Virus record (IMG/VR): IMGVR_UViG_3300034357_000192 | Location: 1 to 27,924 of that record | Strand: one strand, 5' to 3' | DNA: 27,924 bases | From: a virus | Taxonomy: Duplodnaviria; Caudoviricetes | Shown here: positions 1 to 10,090 of the stretch, piece by piece | Layout: every line of letters begins with the position of its first letter | Numbering within the stretch: position 1 is the first letter of the stretch | Program-made: the position numbers and the translations under genes | The notes under the pieces: generated by a model | Database searches by the model: none | Told to the model about the DNA's origin: nothing | Seen by the model: only the letters and a program-made list of their open reading frames with translations

Positions 1-1049
1 GGGTCAAATATCTGACCATTATCACATCTGTTACCCTCTCTATCTACGAACTCGCATATCTCACCTAATGCAACCATGAATGGAAATGCAGAGGTAGCCT
101 TTGACATTTGTAAGTAACTTTCATCAAGAACCACTTGGTCAAGTAATGGTACTGCAGTAATGAATGGAGATTGAAACACCAATTCATTATTCACTAACAA
201 TGGTGTACCCATTAACTTACGACAAGGTACATAGCCTAAGTCGTGATTAAAATATAAAACTGGTTCACCAAAGGTTAGGTCAGACTTCTTACCAACTTGC
301 TCAATTCTCCAAATGTTAACGTCGTCAAACAATTCAAGTATGATACCACTTTCTTCAGTCTTGCTACCTACCTTAACATAACTATTATCTTCATCAATTA
401 CCAAGTACCATCTACCATATTCTTGACCTACGATACGTTTGCAATTGTAGTATGATGGCATTGGTTTAATTAGGTTGTTACCCATTAATACCTCTTCACC
501 ATTATCATCTTCTTCAATATCAAAATCTTCAGGCTCAATTGCTATGATTCCATTAGGGTCAATCAACTTTAGAGTAGGTAGCATTGACTTTACAAATGCC
601 TCAACACTACCAAACTTTTCAATCTCTTCATTGATAAATCTGCTGAATGTATCTTCACCAAATCTTTCATCAATTTCGGGTCTTACATTGATTGACCAGT
701 TTTGGTCAGCAAATGCACGTGAGATTGTAGCCTTGAAATCTTCAAAGACATTAAGAGTAGTAGCCTTGTAATTGGCTTTGATGTACTCATATTGTGCTTC
801 TGTTTGGTTAGGACTTCTAACAGAAAGAAGATGCTCAGGGTAGACATCAGCACGTGCATGAGGTAAGATTGAATCATACATCATTGCAGAGAAATTATAC
901 CCATCCCAATATTCAGGATACTGGTACATTCCTACCCTACGTTTTGATATAGGATTGATTGCAGACCTTGACTTGTCATTATCGAATGCCTTGTGTTTCT
1001 TAGCAAACTTATTGACTATCTTGTTTACCTCTTCAATTGAGAGTGCCAT
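1..1049 (-). CDS. Probable portal protein, 5' part (349 codons, runs off the window edge)
   Basis: Not in the ORF track because there is no stop in the window. I read it by hand from ATG 1049: MALSIEEVNKIVNKFAKKHK...HLLSVRSPNQTEAQYEYIKANY...FNHDLGYVPCRKLMG...SAFPFMVALGEICEF. It is open to base 1. The HxLGYVP segment and overall layout resemble phage portals. Confidence 0.7.
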   Translation of the reverse strand, partial: MALSIEEVNKIVNKFAKKHKAFDNDKSRSAINPISKRRVGMYQYPEYWDGYNFSAMMYDSILPHARADVYPEHLLSVRSPNQTEAQYEYIKANYKATTLNVFEDFKATISRAFADQNWSINVRPEIDERFGEDTFSRFINEEIEKFGSVEAFVKSMLPTLKLIDPNGIIAIEPEDFDIEEDDNGEEVLMGNNLIKPMPSYYNCKRIVGQEYGRWYLVIDEDNSYVKVGSKTEESGIILELFDDVNIWRIEQVGKKSDLTFGEPVLYFNHDLGYVPCRKLMGTPLLVNNELVFQSPFITAVPLLDQVVLDESYLQMSKATSAFPFMVALGEICEFVDREGNRCDNGQIFD

Positions 1050-1126
1050 TATGCTACTGATTTAGGAGTTGTAGTATTTATGATGTGTGAACCACATGAC
1101 TTAGAACGACAAAATGTAGGTTTCAT
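1049..1126 (-). CDS. Small 25-aa ORF MKPTFCRSKSCGSHIINTTTPKSVA
   Basis: Fills the gap between the methyltransferase and portal genes. Its TAA overlaps the portal ATG (TAATG) and it has an A-rich leader. Confidence 0.55.
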   Translation of the reverse strand: MKPTFCRSKSCGSHIINTTTPKSVA

Positions 1127-1130
1127 AGTT

Positions 1131-1718
1131 TTATTTTTTAGTGATTAATGTTATACCACGACCTTCAGGTGTATTCAATGTTGTTGTGTTGTACTTATAG
1201 AAAGCAGCATAGTCAACAAGTCTCTTAGGGTCTTCTAAATGAATAGTATCGTGATATGCTATTACACCACCTCGTGCTACCAACTTTTCAACCAACTTGA
1301 ATTCAGGTAGGATTGATGCCCAAGAATGGTCACCATCAACAAATATTAAATCAAAGTGGTTAGATGGTAGCTTACTAAGTTCGTTATGTGAGTTACCTAA
1401 AATGAAATCAATTGACTTACCACCCTCACTCATATACAACTTGGTTGCATCTGTTCTATAATCATTGATGTCAATGCCTACGTATTGACCACCTTTAGGT
1501 AATGACTTAATAAGGTGTTGAGTTGTTTCACCCTCAAAGACTCCTATCTCAAGAATGGTCTTATACTTTGACATCTTAACAAGTGATGCTAAGAAAGCAC
1601 CTACTTCATCTTCTGAGTTCCAATCATGTCTTGCTACCTCTGTGAATGTTTCAGTTGTAACTATTTCTACTTCGACCTTCTTAGGTCTGCCTACTTTCTT
1701 GGTAGATGTATCTTTCAT
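1131..1718 (-). CDS. Class I SAM-dependent methyltransferase (Methyltransf_24-like)
   Basis: Motifs ILEIGVFEGET, YVGIDI, FDLIFVDGDH and GGVIAYHD. Confidence 0.9.
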   Translation of the reverse strand: MKDTSTKKVGRPKKVEVEIVTTETFTEVARHDWNSEDEVGAFLASLVKMSKYKTILEIGVFEGETTQHLIKSLPKGGQYVGIDINDYRTDATKLYMSEGGKSIDFILGNSHNELSKLPSNHFDLIFVDGDHSWASILPEFKLVEKLVARGGVIAYHDTIHLEDPKRLVDYAAFYKYNTTTLNTPEGRGITLITKK

Positions 1719-2677
1719 TTGTTAACGTATTTTTGACCTATGATTCTATCAATATGGAATTGATGTATTTTATTTTGAGTCCGCATCATTACCTTCATTA
1801 ACCTATCTAACCACTCAGTATAGAATCTTGATGTAAAGTTACGACCACCATAGTAAGATTGAAAGTAATAGTTTTCTGTTACTTCTTGAAATGACAAACC
1901 ACGAACAGATGCAAAGTGAATAAAACCAGTCTCTGATTTATTATTACCTCCAACCAATCCATCATTTTTATACGATGGGTCGTAAGCAGTCATTGCCAAT
2001 GCAACATTCATATATAGTTCATCGGGTTGACCATTACCCCACTTCATTCTAAGTCTATTAGTTGGTAGTTGATTAGTCGTATAAAGGATTCTAACAACAC
2101 CAAATAAATCTTTGGACTCTTTACATACCTTAATAAATTGAAGGCTGCTATTGATAGCTGGTAAGATGGCATCATTGTCTAACTTAAAATGCTCCCAAAT
2201 ATCATCAGCCCAAGCCCATTGCATTGATGGGATATCACGACCTAAACCAATAGTATGATATCCCACACAATGACTAATGTAATGTCTTTTAGTGCTAACC
2301 AAATCATCAATTAATGGTTGTATGTCTTTTAAACATACTGCATCAACATCAAGATATAGATTGTTTTTAAATGGTAGGTATTTATATAGAGAAACCTTTA
2401 ACATTGCTGGGTCAAATTTACCATCAACATAAAGGTCAGAATGTTCTATTTCGCTTATTGAATCAACATACATATTAATATCGTAGGTTGATGAATTGCA
2501 CTTTTTAATATCATCAACAAAGAGTGCAATCTTAACTGATGGTGAATGGTATTTAATTGAATAGGCAAGGTTATATGCTGCTTGATAATATCCAGCCTTG
2601 CCAAAAGCAAATAGTACCACACCTTCTGTATTATTAGAAGATGTGGTAATATCGTTAGTGTTAGTTTCCAATTCCAT
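1715..2677 (-). CDS. GT-A fold glycosyltransferase-like protein (GT8-like)
   Basis: LAYSIK, MLKVSLYKYLPFKNNLYLDVD (DxD), INSSL, PDELYMN and FIHF motifs. Start moved to ATG 2677, which forms a TAATG overlap with the upstream stop. Confidence 0.75.
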   Translation of the reverse strand: MELETNTNDITTSSNNTEGVVLFAFGKAGYYQAAYNLAYSIKYHSPSVKIALFVDDIKKCNSSTYDINMYVDSISEIEHSDLYVDGKFDPAMLKVSLYKYLPFKNNLYLDVDAVCLKDIQPLIDDLVSTKRHYISHCVGYHTIGLGRDIPSMQWAWADDIWEHFKLDNDAILPAINSSLQFIKVCKESKDLFGVVRILYTTNQLPTNRLRMKWGNGQPDELYMNVALAMTAYDPSYKNDGLVGGNNKSETGFIHFASVRGLSFQEVTENYYFQSYYGGRNFTSRFYTEWLDRLMKVMMRTQNKIHQFHIDRIIGQKYVNK

Positions 2678-3216
2678 TAATTGAACAACCCAGCGGGTGC
2701 AGCAAATTGTGTTGGAATGTTTTTTTCTCTCCAAGAGAAAGTAACTTCATATCTCTGTAGTTCGTTGTTCTGTTCAGGGATAATAAAGTTAGCAGATGTT
2801 GTAATACCTACTGGTGGGTCAATGTAGATAACCTTACCTGAGTCACACAAGTATGCCATAATCCAACCAACCTTTTGTTGATTTAAAGAGTTATAGAATG
2901 CATTGTTTTGGTCAGTTACATTGGCATCATAAAGAGTAGCAGTTCTATCTTCATTGATACGTATTGTAGTACCACAACCAACTGGTGAATCAACTGTAAT
3001 AGGTGAACCAGCGGGTAAGGCAAAACGAATGTCTTCAACTAATACTGCATCTCCACTAATTAGCATTTCTTGAATTTCTTCAGGACTTGTTGGGTCAACA
3101 AGAACTGCTGCACAAGAACCAATAATGATGGCAGACACACCACCTAATTTATATTCACCACACGATACTAAATCGTGAGGCTCAAGTCCAGATTCGCAAT
3201 AAGAGGCACAGCCCAT
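2677..3216 (-). CDS. Putative major tail (tube) protein or other abundant virion protein
   Basis: 179 aa from ATG 3216 (MGCASYC...). The N-terminal C-x(n)-GGV pattern and beta-rich C-terminus (YEVTFSW) resemble Bacteroidota phage tail tube proteins. It has its own leader region. Confidence 0.5.
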   Translation of the reverse strand: MGCASYCESGLEPHDLVSCGEYKLGGVSAIIIGSCAAVLVDPTSPEEIQEMLISGDAVLVEDIRFALPAGSPITVDSPVGCGTTIRINEDRTATLYDANVTDQNNAFYNSLNQQKVGWIMAYLCDSGKVIYIDPPVGITTSANFIIPEQNNELQRYEVTFSWREKNIPTQFAAPAGLFN

Positions 3217-3240
3217 TGTGTATAGATTTAAAGTTATTGA

Positions 3241-3272
3241 TAACACTATTTAAGGTCGTGCTATTTAAACCT
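3241..3272 (-). promoter_or_regulatory. Candidate H-type pseudoknot in the 5' leader
   Basis: Minus strand AGGTT-TAAA-TAGCAC-GACCT-TAAATA-GTGTTA gives S1 AGGTT/GACCT and S2 TAGCAC/GTGTTA. Confidence 0.45.
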
Positions 3273-3292
3273 ACGGGGCGCAAAAAGATAAA

Positions 3293-3321
3293 CAAATCTA
3301 CAAATTATTTTCATAATACAA
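3293..3321 (-). promoter_or_regulatory. Candidate Bacteroidota sigma-A type promoter
   Basis: TTG-N18-TAGATTTG, upstream of the only sizeable intergenic gap in the tail block. Confidence 0.4.
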
Positions 3322-4977
3322 GTTAACAGAATCTTGTGTAGTAATTCTATTTAAGTCTTGAGTTAACAAAAATGGCTCTTCTGAGTTATCAAGTATGGAT
3401 GGTAAACAATCAGCATCTGAGTCACCACATTGTACCTTAACAACCTTATTCTCTTTCTCAACCAAGTCAATTGCAAATGAGCCTAAGAAAGTATCAGCAT
3501 CTGACCAATCAATAGTAGGAAATGCATTATCTTGAGGAAACATCAACACACCATTGACATAGCAATTGTCATAGTAGAATATGGTAGAAAGAAAGTCAAG
3601 AACGTACTCAGGCAATCTACCAAAGTAATATGTCCATTGTTTTAATCTATTGACATAGTTAGCTGACCATTGACCTGATGAATATCTAAATGTATTTGCA
3701 TTGGTCACGTATTGAGGCTTTGCCCTTTTACCCTCAAGTCTTATCATTGGTAGGAATGATGAACCACCAAATGCAAGATTGAATTGGTCTTGTGCATTAC
3801 AACCTTCAATCTTATAATACTTGCAAGAATCGTTATAGTCTCCAATAGCTAAAACATCAGAGTATTGATTCCACGATATTGATGAATCATCAATCTGAAC
3901 ATCTACCTTTGAAATGCATACTTCGCCAATTCCTACTCCAGTATTTTGAATATAAATAACTAACTTCATACCATTGGTTATGCTTGGTGTACCAGCAGTA
4001 ATACCAACAGTTAAATAGCCTGTTGCACCTAAAGTAAACTGCTCACTATTATTTCCAATCTGAGCATAGATAGCTGTGTTGCTTACATTTTCTACAACAA
4101 TGGAAATATAATAGTATTTACCCTCGCATAATTCACTTATTGATACTAATTCACCTTCCCCATCTTCACTTGTCGTTTCAAAACAAACCAAGTTTTGTGC
4201 AAATGTAAAAGTTGTATCTGCACCAACAGTATTAGTCCATCCATAAAGAATTTCAAAATACAAATTAAATAAACCATTTATTACTCTAAACTGACTGCAA
4301 GTATTCTCGCAAAAGTCAGCTATTGCCAAACGATAGCAACCCTCATTAACTTCAACATCAGTCAAGTCAAATGCAACAGTTATCTTGTTTTCCTTAACAG
4401 TTGTTAATGGTGCAATGACATCAATAGTCTCCAATGTATCAGCATCCACAATACCAACCTTAATCTGATTTGCTGCTGCTACTCCTTGCACTTTTATAGT
4501 GCTTTCATCAAAGCAGCCTTTAAATGTTGCAGTTGATGAAAATATCAAATCAATATAAACATCGTCAATGATTGTCGGGTTGTTAAAGTATAGAGTATAA
4601 GTACCAGCAAGATTTAATGTATAAGTTGAACTTCCATTAATATTTACATTAAGTGAACCTTCTTCAATATTTAATATTGTAAATGTGACTGAAAACAATT
4701 GGTATTCATATTCTACATACAAATACTGAGAATATAAACCATCTATGATTCCATTGCCACAAATAATTCCCCCATCATTTGTCCATTGATATAGCAAAGT
4801 ATCAAATGGTAGCATTGGAAATTGTTCACAAGCAGTAGACTCCAGTTGAAAGAATATTTGGTCATTGAAATCTACCAATTGTTTGTAGTCTGAATTTCCA
4901 CACTCTTCACAAATAGTCTGAATTTCTTCTTGTGAATGAAAGATAATAGGCTGGTTAGGTATTGACGTAATGCTCAT
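3298..4977 (-). CDS. Tail tip/baseplate structural protein (559 aa)
   Basis: Acidic and beta-rich, second gene after the tape measure gene, ATGA overlap, C-terminal FLLTQDxxxITTQD motif. Confidence 0.6.
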   Translation of the reverse strand: MSITSIPNQPIIFHSQEEIQTICEECGNSDYKQLVDFNDQIFFQLESTACEQFPMLPFDTLLYQWTNDGGIICGNGIIDGLYSQYLYVEYEYQLFSVTFTILNIEEGSLNVNINGSSTYTLNLAGTYTLYFNNPTIIDDVYIDLIFSSTATFKGCFDESTIKVQGVAAANQIKVGIVDADTLETIDVIAPLTTVKENKITVAFDLTDVEVNEGCYRLAIADFCENTCSQFRVINGLFNLYFEILYGWTNTVGADTTFTFAQNLVCFETTSEDGEGELVSISELCEGKYYYISIVVENVSNTAIYAQIGNNSEQFTLGATGYLTVGITAGTPSITNGMKLVIYIQNTGVGIGEVCISKVDVQIDDSSISWNQYSDVLAIGDYNDSCKYYKIEGCNAQDQFNLAFGGSSFLPMIRLEGKRAKPQYVTNANTFRYSSGQWSANYVNRLKQWTYYFGRLPEYVLDFLSTIFYYDNCYVNGVLMFPQDNAFPTIDWSDADTFLGSFAIDLVEKENKVVKVQCGDSDADCLPSILDNSEEPFLLTQDLNRITTQDSVNLYYENNL

Positions 4978-6980
4978 CTTAATATCTTGTTTGATTTTAA
5001 TTCAAATGATGCCTCTTGCTCAATGATTGACTTAACATCAACCTTTTTAATATACCCTTTAATAACTCTTAATGGGTCATCTGTTCTACCAAAGGATATA
5101 GGTCTTGATGAATTATCAAGTATAGCCTCAATCTCATTCATTGTTAATGGTCTATCAAATTTATAAATTAATCTACGAATTGTGTTAGGGTCAACTGGTA
5201 CTAATTCAGTTCTATCAAATGGTCTACCACCACCTTCAAAGTATGTTCTAAATTCTTGGACGTTTTGCCAAACCAATGGTATAGTTAGATTATTTCCAAT
5301 GGTTGATACTCCAAGTATATCAGTTCTAATTATGTCACCAGCAACACAAACAAATGTAGCAGTTGCTGATGCTTTAGCTAATGAATTAATATTTTGTATT
5401 GGCGATAAATTACCAAATTCTTGTTGTATTAATGTTGTATCATCAGTTGCATATCTCGATATTGATGCACGATATGCTGCGGATATATTGCTTGGTAAAG
5501 ATGTAAAACCTTTTACAATCTGAGTGCTAAATGTATAAACACCATCGAATGGTACTATATATTTTCCATCAGCAAAGTTGTTTCCATTGTCAAATATCTC
5601 ATTAGGATATTTAACTGGTACTCCATTATAAACTAAAAAACTTGTTGCAGATGTACTATTAATTTTCCAATTCTGTGGGTCATTGCTACCACTTACATTT
5701 AACTCCGCTCTAAATTGTGTAATAGCTGGGTCAAAGCCTTGCAAGTATTGATATAAACTATTTGGATATCCACCAATCCAATTCTCAGCTACTTGCTCAT
5801 TTATATAGTCGGGATTGTAAACATGACCACCTACACCTAATGGGTCACCTTGATGTGCATATATTGGATTACTAAAGCCAAACCAATTACTATCAACAAG
5901 AACTATATCAGTATCATAATCTTCAGCATCAAATCTAAATATATTCTCAATTACATTGGTGTCAAAGATTATATCAGTTGAACTAAGGTCTAATTTATTA
6001 GTCGTGTTACATTCACCAAGCACACCAAATGTTTCATCTCTAAAGCCTCTAAATGTAGTTTGAGGAAAAGAACATCTTTGAGTATCGTTACCACATTCAA
6101 AGTCATTTAAGAATGGGTCAGAGCCAAAATCAACTGATGCATATAGTTGTGTTGAATCATAGTTAAACTTAATCTCAGGTTGATTATATAAGTTGACTGA
6201 TGGTGTTAGTTGTTGAAAGTATGCATATTCTTCAATCCTAAGTAATGGCTTACCATTAGGTTGACGTTGCACTACCATTCCAAGTCTTAACTTTTTATTA
6301 AGTGCATTGTATAATTTCTCAAAGATTAAATTAGTATGTACTGCACTATCTGACCTTATTGCTAAACCATTACTTACCATCAATGTTCTACCATATCCAT
6401 TTGAATCAATTTGGTTTTTAAAATAGTCAGATTCAAATTCAACCAAGTTATCACTCATACAACCTACAAGGTGTTTGAATGCATCATAGATGGTAATGAA
6501 TCCAGTATCAGAACTTGTTTCATATACGTTGTTAGCTGGATTAAATAGATTTACATAATAAATCTCAGGTGGTACTATTGGTTGTAGATTCTTAGTTATG
6601 TTTGAATCAGAAAAGAATGGTATTGACTTATTGTTATTAATCTTAGTTGAGAATGAATCATCATATAACTTAGTAGTTACACTACACCTATCAAGGTCAA
6701 ATACACATTCACTTACTACTATGTAACCATTTGTAAGTCTTTTCCAAAACCCTTCACATTTATATTGTACCTCAACATTAATCAATGAACAACCACCAGT
6801 ATCAATTAAGTTAGAGTATATGTATTCAAATGCTGCACCGATAAAGTTAAGGTCATTATTAAATGAAACAATACGTGCATTTATGATTGACTCTTCCGAA
6901 ATTGTAAAACCAAAATCATCAGCATTAGTTGGTTGACCTCTATCAGCACCATCAATTAGAAACTTTATATCTACTGCCAT
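4974..6980 (-). CDS. Tail tip/hub protein with an internal C1q/TNF-like domain (668 aa)
   Basis: Directly downstream of the tape measure gene. VKYPNEIFDNGNNFADGKYIVPFDGVYTFSTQI matches the C1q signature. Confidence 0.65.
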   Translation of the reverse strand: MAVDIKFLIDGADRGQPTNADDFGFTISEESIINARIVSFNNDLNFIGAAFEYIYSNLIDTGGCSLINVEVQYKCEGFWKRLTNGYIVVSECVFDLDRCSVTTKLYDDSFSTKINNNKSIPFFSDSNITKNLQPIVPPEIYYVNLFNPANNVYETSSDTGFITIYDAFKHLVGCMSDNLVEFESDYFKNQIDSNGYGRTLMVSNGLAIRSDSAVHTNLIFEKLYNALNKKLRLGMVVQRQPNGKPLLRIEEYAYFQQLTPSVNLYNQPEIKFNYDSTQLYASVDFGSDPFLNDFECGNDTQRCSFPQTTFRGFRDETFGVLGECNTTNKLDLSSTDIIFDTNVIENIFRFDAEDYDTDIVLVDSNWFGFSNPIYAHQGDPLGVGGHVYNPDYINEQVAENWIGGYPNSLYQYLQGFDPAITQFRAELNVSGSNDPQNWKINSTSATSFLVYNGVPVKYPNEIFDNGNNFADGKYIVPFDGVYTFSTQIVKGFTSLPSNISAAYRASISRYATDDTTLIQQEFGNLSPIQNINSLAKASATATFVCVAGDIIRTDILGVSTIGNNLTIPLVWQNVQEFRTYFEGGGRPFDRTELVPVDPNTIRRLIYKFDRPLTMNEIEAILDNSSRPISFGRTDDPLRVIKGYIKKVDVKSIIEQEASFELKSNKILR

Positions 6981-9900
6981 TGGTATCTTTGGTCAATTGA
7001 GTTATTGTATTGTCTCTTATCGTTTCTTAAATCTTTCCTCAATCCTTTTATTTCTGACTCCATTGTTTTAGAGTTAAGAGTAGCATTGACATTAACACCC
7101 ATCTCTTTAGATTTTGAGTTAAGCATATAGTTCATCAATGCTGGTCTAACATACCTATCTTGAATTATCTTCTTAAAGGCATCAGAGGATTGATTTAATG
7201 CATTCAATTCTCTTCTGTGGGCAGATGTTTGTTTTCTGTTTACAATGTATTCACCTTGCTCTGCTTCTACCATCGTGCCACCTTCACTATGTCTCTTACC
7301 ACCTATTTCTCCACCCTTTTCAAACTTAGGTATTGGTTGTGCTGCAATCGCTGCTATCTGAATTGCACCAGCAACACCAATAATAGCAGCAAGTATTGGA
7401 TTTGCTACATTGGCTGCTATTTGTTGAGCAACTTGAATAGTGGCTTGGAAGAGAGCAAGTGCTTTATCATTTTGTGCTTGTTTAGTTTTTTCCTTTGATA
7501 TTGCTGCTTGTGTCCTTTTTTCAAGTGCTGCTCTTTCTTTAATCTTATCACGTTCTAATGCATCTGAATTATTGATGGCATTTAATTCTGCTTCACTTGA
7601 TGCAGTTATATTATTTATCCTTTTTTCACTTGCTATTTGACTTATCTCATTAATACCCTCAAATACACTAACTACTGCATTGGCATATTCAAATATCTTA
7701 TCAAGTCGTGCATCTTGTTCTGCATTAAGTTTGGCAGTAGTATCTGCATTGATTTGAATAATTTTTGCATTATACTCTTCTTCACTTAATAGTTTCTTAT
7801 CAAGTGCGTTCTTAGCTTTTATACCCTCATCTTCAATCAACTTAACCCGTTGCTCATATGTTGATTGTCCTAATGTTACTGCTGCTTGTGCTTGTGCATT
7901 CTCAATGTCAATACGTTTGTTAGCCTCTACTATCTTTGCCTGAGTGATGTCAGCATCAGTCTTAGCTATGATAGTCTTTCTATTAGCCTCTTTGACTTCA
8001 AGTGAACTATTAGATAATTCATTTGCTTTCAATTCTGCTTCACCTCTTGCACGTATCAATGATAGTTCATCAGCCAATGTAGTTACACCTAACATCTTTT
8101 GTAGTTCAAATGCCTGAACTCTTAAATTGTATTGTTCTTGAATACCTTTGTTCTTGATGTCTTTTACTTTCTTTTCGTGATTGGCAGTTAATATTTCAAG
8201 GTCAGCAAATGATGCTTTGTTAGCATCAATAAGTGCTTGTAGTTTATTCTTTTCAATCTCAAAGGTCTTATCTGCTATCTTAATCTCTTCTTCAATGGTG
8301 GCAGTTCCATTAATTCTTTTTACCTCCAGTATCTTAACCTCGTCTTCAATTGCTTTGTTTGTTGCATCAAGTCTTATCTGAGAAACACTCTCTGCTAATT
8401 GAGCATCAATAAGTGCAATGGTTGATGCTCTTAACTTTGCATTGTCAATACTTGCTTTGGCATCAGCCTTATCAATCTCTGCTTGTTTGTTAGCTTGGTC
8501 AATCTTATTCTGAGTTGATTCACCATCTACTATCTCCAATCTTTTTAATCCATTAAGTTCAGCATTCAACCTATCTTGAATCAACTTATCATTGATGTCT
8601 TTAAGTTTTTCTGCATTCTCTTTAGCAGCATCAGCATTAATTATATTGATGGATGTATTAGCAGTCTCAGATACATTAGTTTTAATACCTGTAATGTTTG
8701 CATTGACTTCACCTAATGCTTTAATGGTTGTTGCTTTCTGCACCTCCAAATCTTTAATAGCATTCTGATTAGCCTTAATTGAAAGTGCTGCATTGTCATT
8801 AGCAGATTTAGAAGCAACATCAATGGCTCTTTGTTTTGCCTCAATCTGTAGAGTCAATTGTTTTTCTTGTTCAACTAACTTTTCCCTTTGAGTAATCTGT
8901 GGTAATAATTGTGATTTGATTTCTGCTTGGGTGTCACGTTGTATCTTTCTTGTATCTGCTGCTGCTTGGGTCAACTTATTTTGACTAACTAATATCTTAT
9001 CATTAAGGTCTTCCCTTTCTGCTAATTGTTTCTTTATTTCTTCAGTAGCAGCCTTATTAAGTTTTTCTTGTTCAGCTATCAAGTCATTGAACTTCTTTGA
9101 TGCTGCTGCATTCTGTTGATACACCTGATACAATGCACCAAGTACAAGAACCAATGCACCAATACCAGTACCAGCTATTGCTACCTTTAACAAGTCAAGA
9201 CTCTTCTTGGTTGCTAATGTTGCTACTGCTGCACCTTCTTCAGCCGTTGCTAATGTTGTAGTGGCAGTAGCAGCAGCACCAGTAACAACTACCTTTTCTT
9301 TTAAGAAGATATTCTGTAGTGCAATCTTGGTAGCACCTTGACCAGTTACCAAGTTTGCTATCTCTTGCAGTCCAGTTAGTAATGCTAATGCTCCCTGAGT
9401 TCTTGCAATGGTCTTATTAAGTTCTTCACTATCTACACCAAATGCAGCAGCAGCACCTTGAGCAACTGCGAAACCAGCAGCCAAACCTTTGACCGCACCT
9501 AATGCTGCATCAAACTTGAACGTGTCAGATGCGAGTACCTTAACCCTTTCTTGTGTATCTCCTATTTGGTCTTGTAACTTACCAGCCTCAACTGATAGCT
9601 TTTGAAATGCTAATGTACCATCTTGACCAGCAGTCTCAAGTGCTGCTAACTCTTCTTTTAATTCTCTTAGTCTTGACTTAAGTGATTGTGTTTTCTTACC
9701 CGTTGCATCAGTACCATTGGATGTATTGGTTAATGTCTTTTGGTAATTGGCTAATGCTTCTTTAGCTTTTAATGTTTCTGCTGCACTCTCCTTAACAACT
9801 TTACCCAATGACATTGCAGCCTTACTGAACTTGATTGAATCACCAGTTAGCTTATTAAGTGCATCACGATTCTTATTGATGTTAGCAATGTTGCTATTAA

Positions 9901-10090
9901 GTGCCTTAGATACCTCTTGTGAACTAAATGCTGCAGCCATTGACTTGCCCATTGATTTGTAGGCATCAGCACCTTCTTTTGCTGCTGCTTCAGCACTATC
10001 TCCAATCTGCTTATTGGCATTGATGATTGTATCAGTTACCGCTTTTAACGATGCTGCTTGAGCCTCGTATTCAATTATAACTTTAGCCAC
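6971..10090 (-). CDS. Tail tape measure protein (1039 aa)
   Basis: Long Ala/Lys/Glu helical protein with hydrophobic segments (GIGALVLVLGALY; AAIIGVAGAIQIAAIAAQPIPKFEKGG) and a C-terminal GGxxHxxGG..EAExGE motif. GTG start. Confidence 0.92.
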   Translation of the reverse strand: MAKVIIEYEAQAASLKAVTDTIINANKQIGDSAEAAAKEGADAYKSMGKSMAAAFSSQEVSKALNSNIANINKNRDALNKLTGDSIKFSKAAMSLGKVVKESAAETLKAKEALANYQKTLTNTSNGTDATGKKTQSLKSRLRELKEELAALETAGQDGTLAFQKLSVEAGKLQDQIGDTQERVKVLASDTFKFDAALGAVKGLAAGFAVAQGAAAAFGVDSEELNKTIARTQGALALLTGLQEIANLVTGQGATKIALQNIFLKEKVVVTGAAATATTTLATAEEGAAVATLATKKSLDLLKVAIAGTGIGALVLVLGALYQVYQQNAAASKKFNDLIAEQEKLNKAATEEIKKQLAEREDLNDKILVSQNKLTQAAADTRKIQRDTQAEIKSQLLPQITQREKLVEQEKQLTLQIEAKQRAIDVASKSANDNAALSIKANQNAIKDLEVQKATTIKALGEVNANITGIKTNVSETANTSINIINADAAKENAEKLKDINDKLIQDRLNAELNGLKRLEIVDGESTQNKIDQANKQAEIDKADAKASIDNAKLRASTIALIDAQLAESVSQIRLDATNKAIEDEVKILEVKRINGTATIEEEIKIADKTFEIEKNKLQALIDANKASFADLEILTANHEKKVKDIKNKGIQEQYNLRVQAFELQKMLGVTTLADELSLIRARGEAELKANELSNSSLEVKEANRKTIIAKTDADITQAKIVEANKRIDIENAQAQAAVTLGQSTYEQRVKLIEDEGIKAKNALDKKLLSEEEYNAKIIQINADTTAKLNAEQDARLDKIFEYANAVVSVFEGINEISQIASEKRINNITASSEAELNAINNSDALERDKIKERAALEKRTQAAISKEKTKQAQNDKALALFQATIQVAQQIAANVANPILAAIIGVAGAIQIAAIAAQPIPKFEKGGEIGGKRHSEGGTMVEAEQGEYIVNRKQTSAHRRELNALNQSSDAFKKIIQDRYVRPALMNYMLNSKSKEMGVNVNATLNSKTMESEIKGLRKDLRNDKRQYNNSIDQRYQWQ

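Noticed and set aside
1-70. DnaJ-like zinc finger in the portal (ICEF...RCDNGQI)
   Set aside because: The motif is cut off by the window edge and only two Cys are visible, so it cannot be supported.
683-877. 64-aa minus-strand ORF (likewise 21183..21383 and 27594..27827)
   Set aside because: Each is nested out of frame inside a longer gene (portal, SSB-like, tail fibre) and has no independent support.
3241-3275. preQ1-I riboswitch
   Set aside because: Similar in size and topology, but the conserved loop nucleotides and long A-tract are not recognisable, and the downstream gene is unrelated to queuosine.
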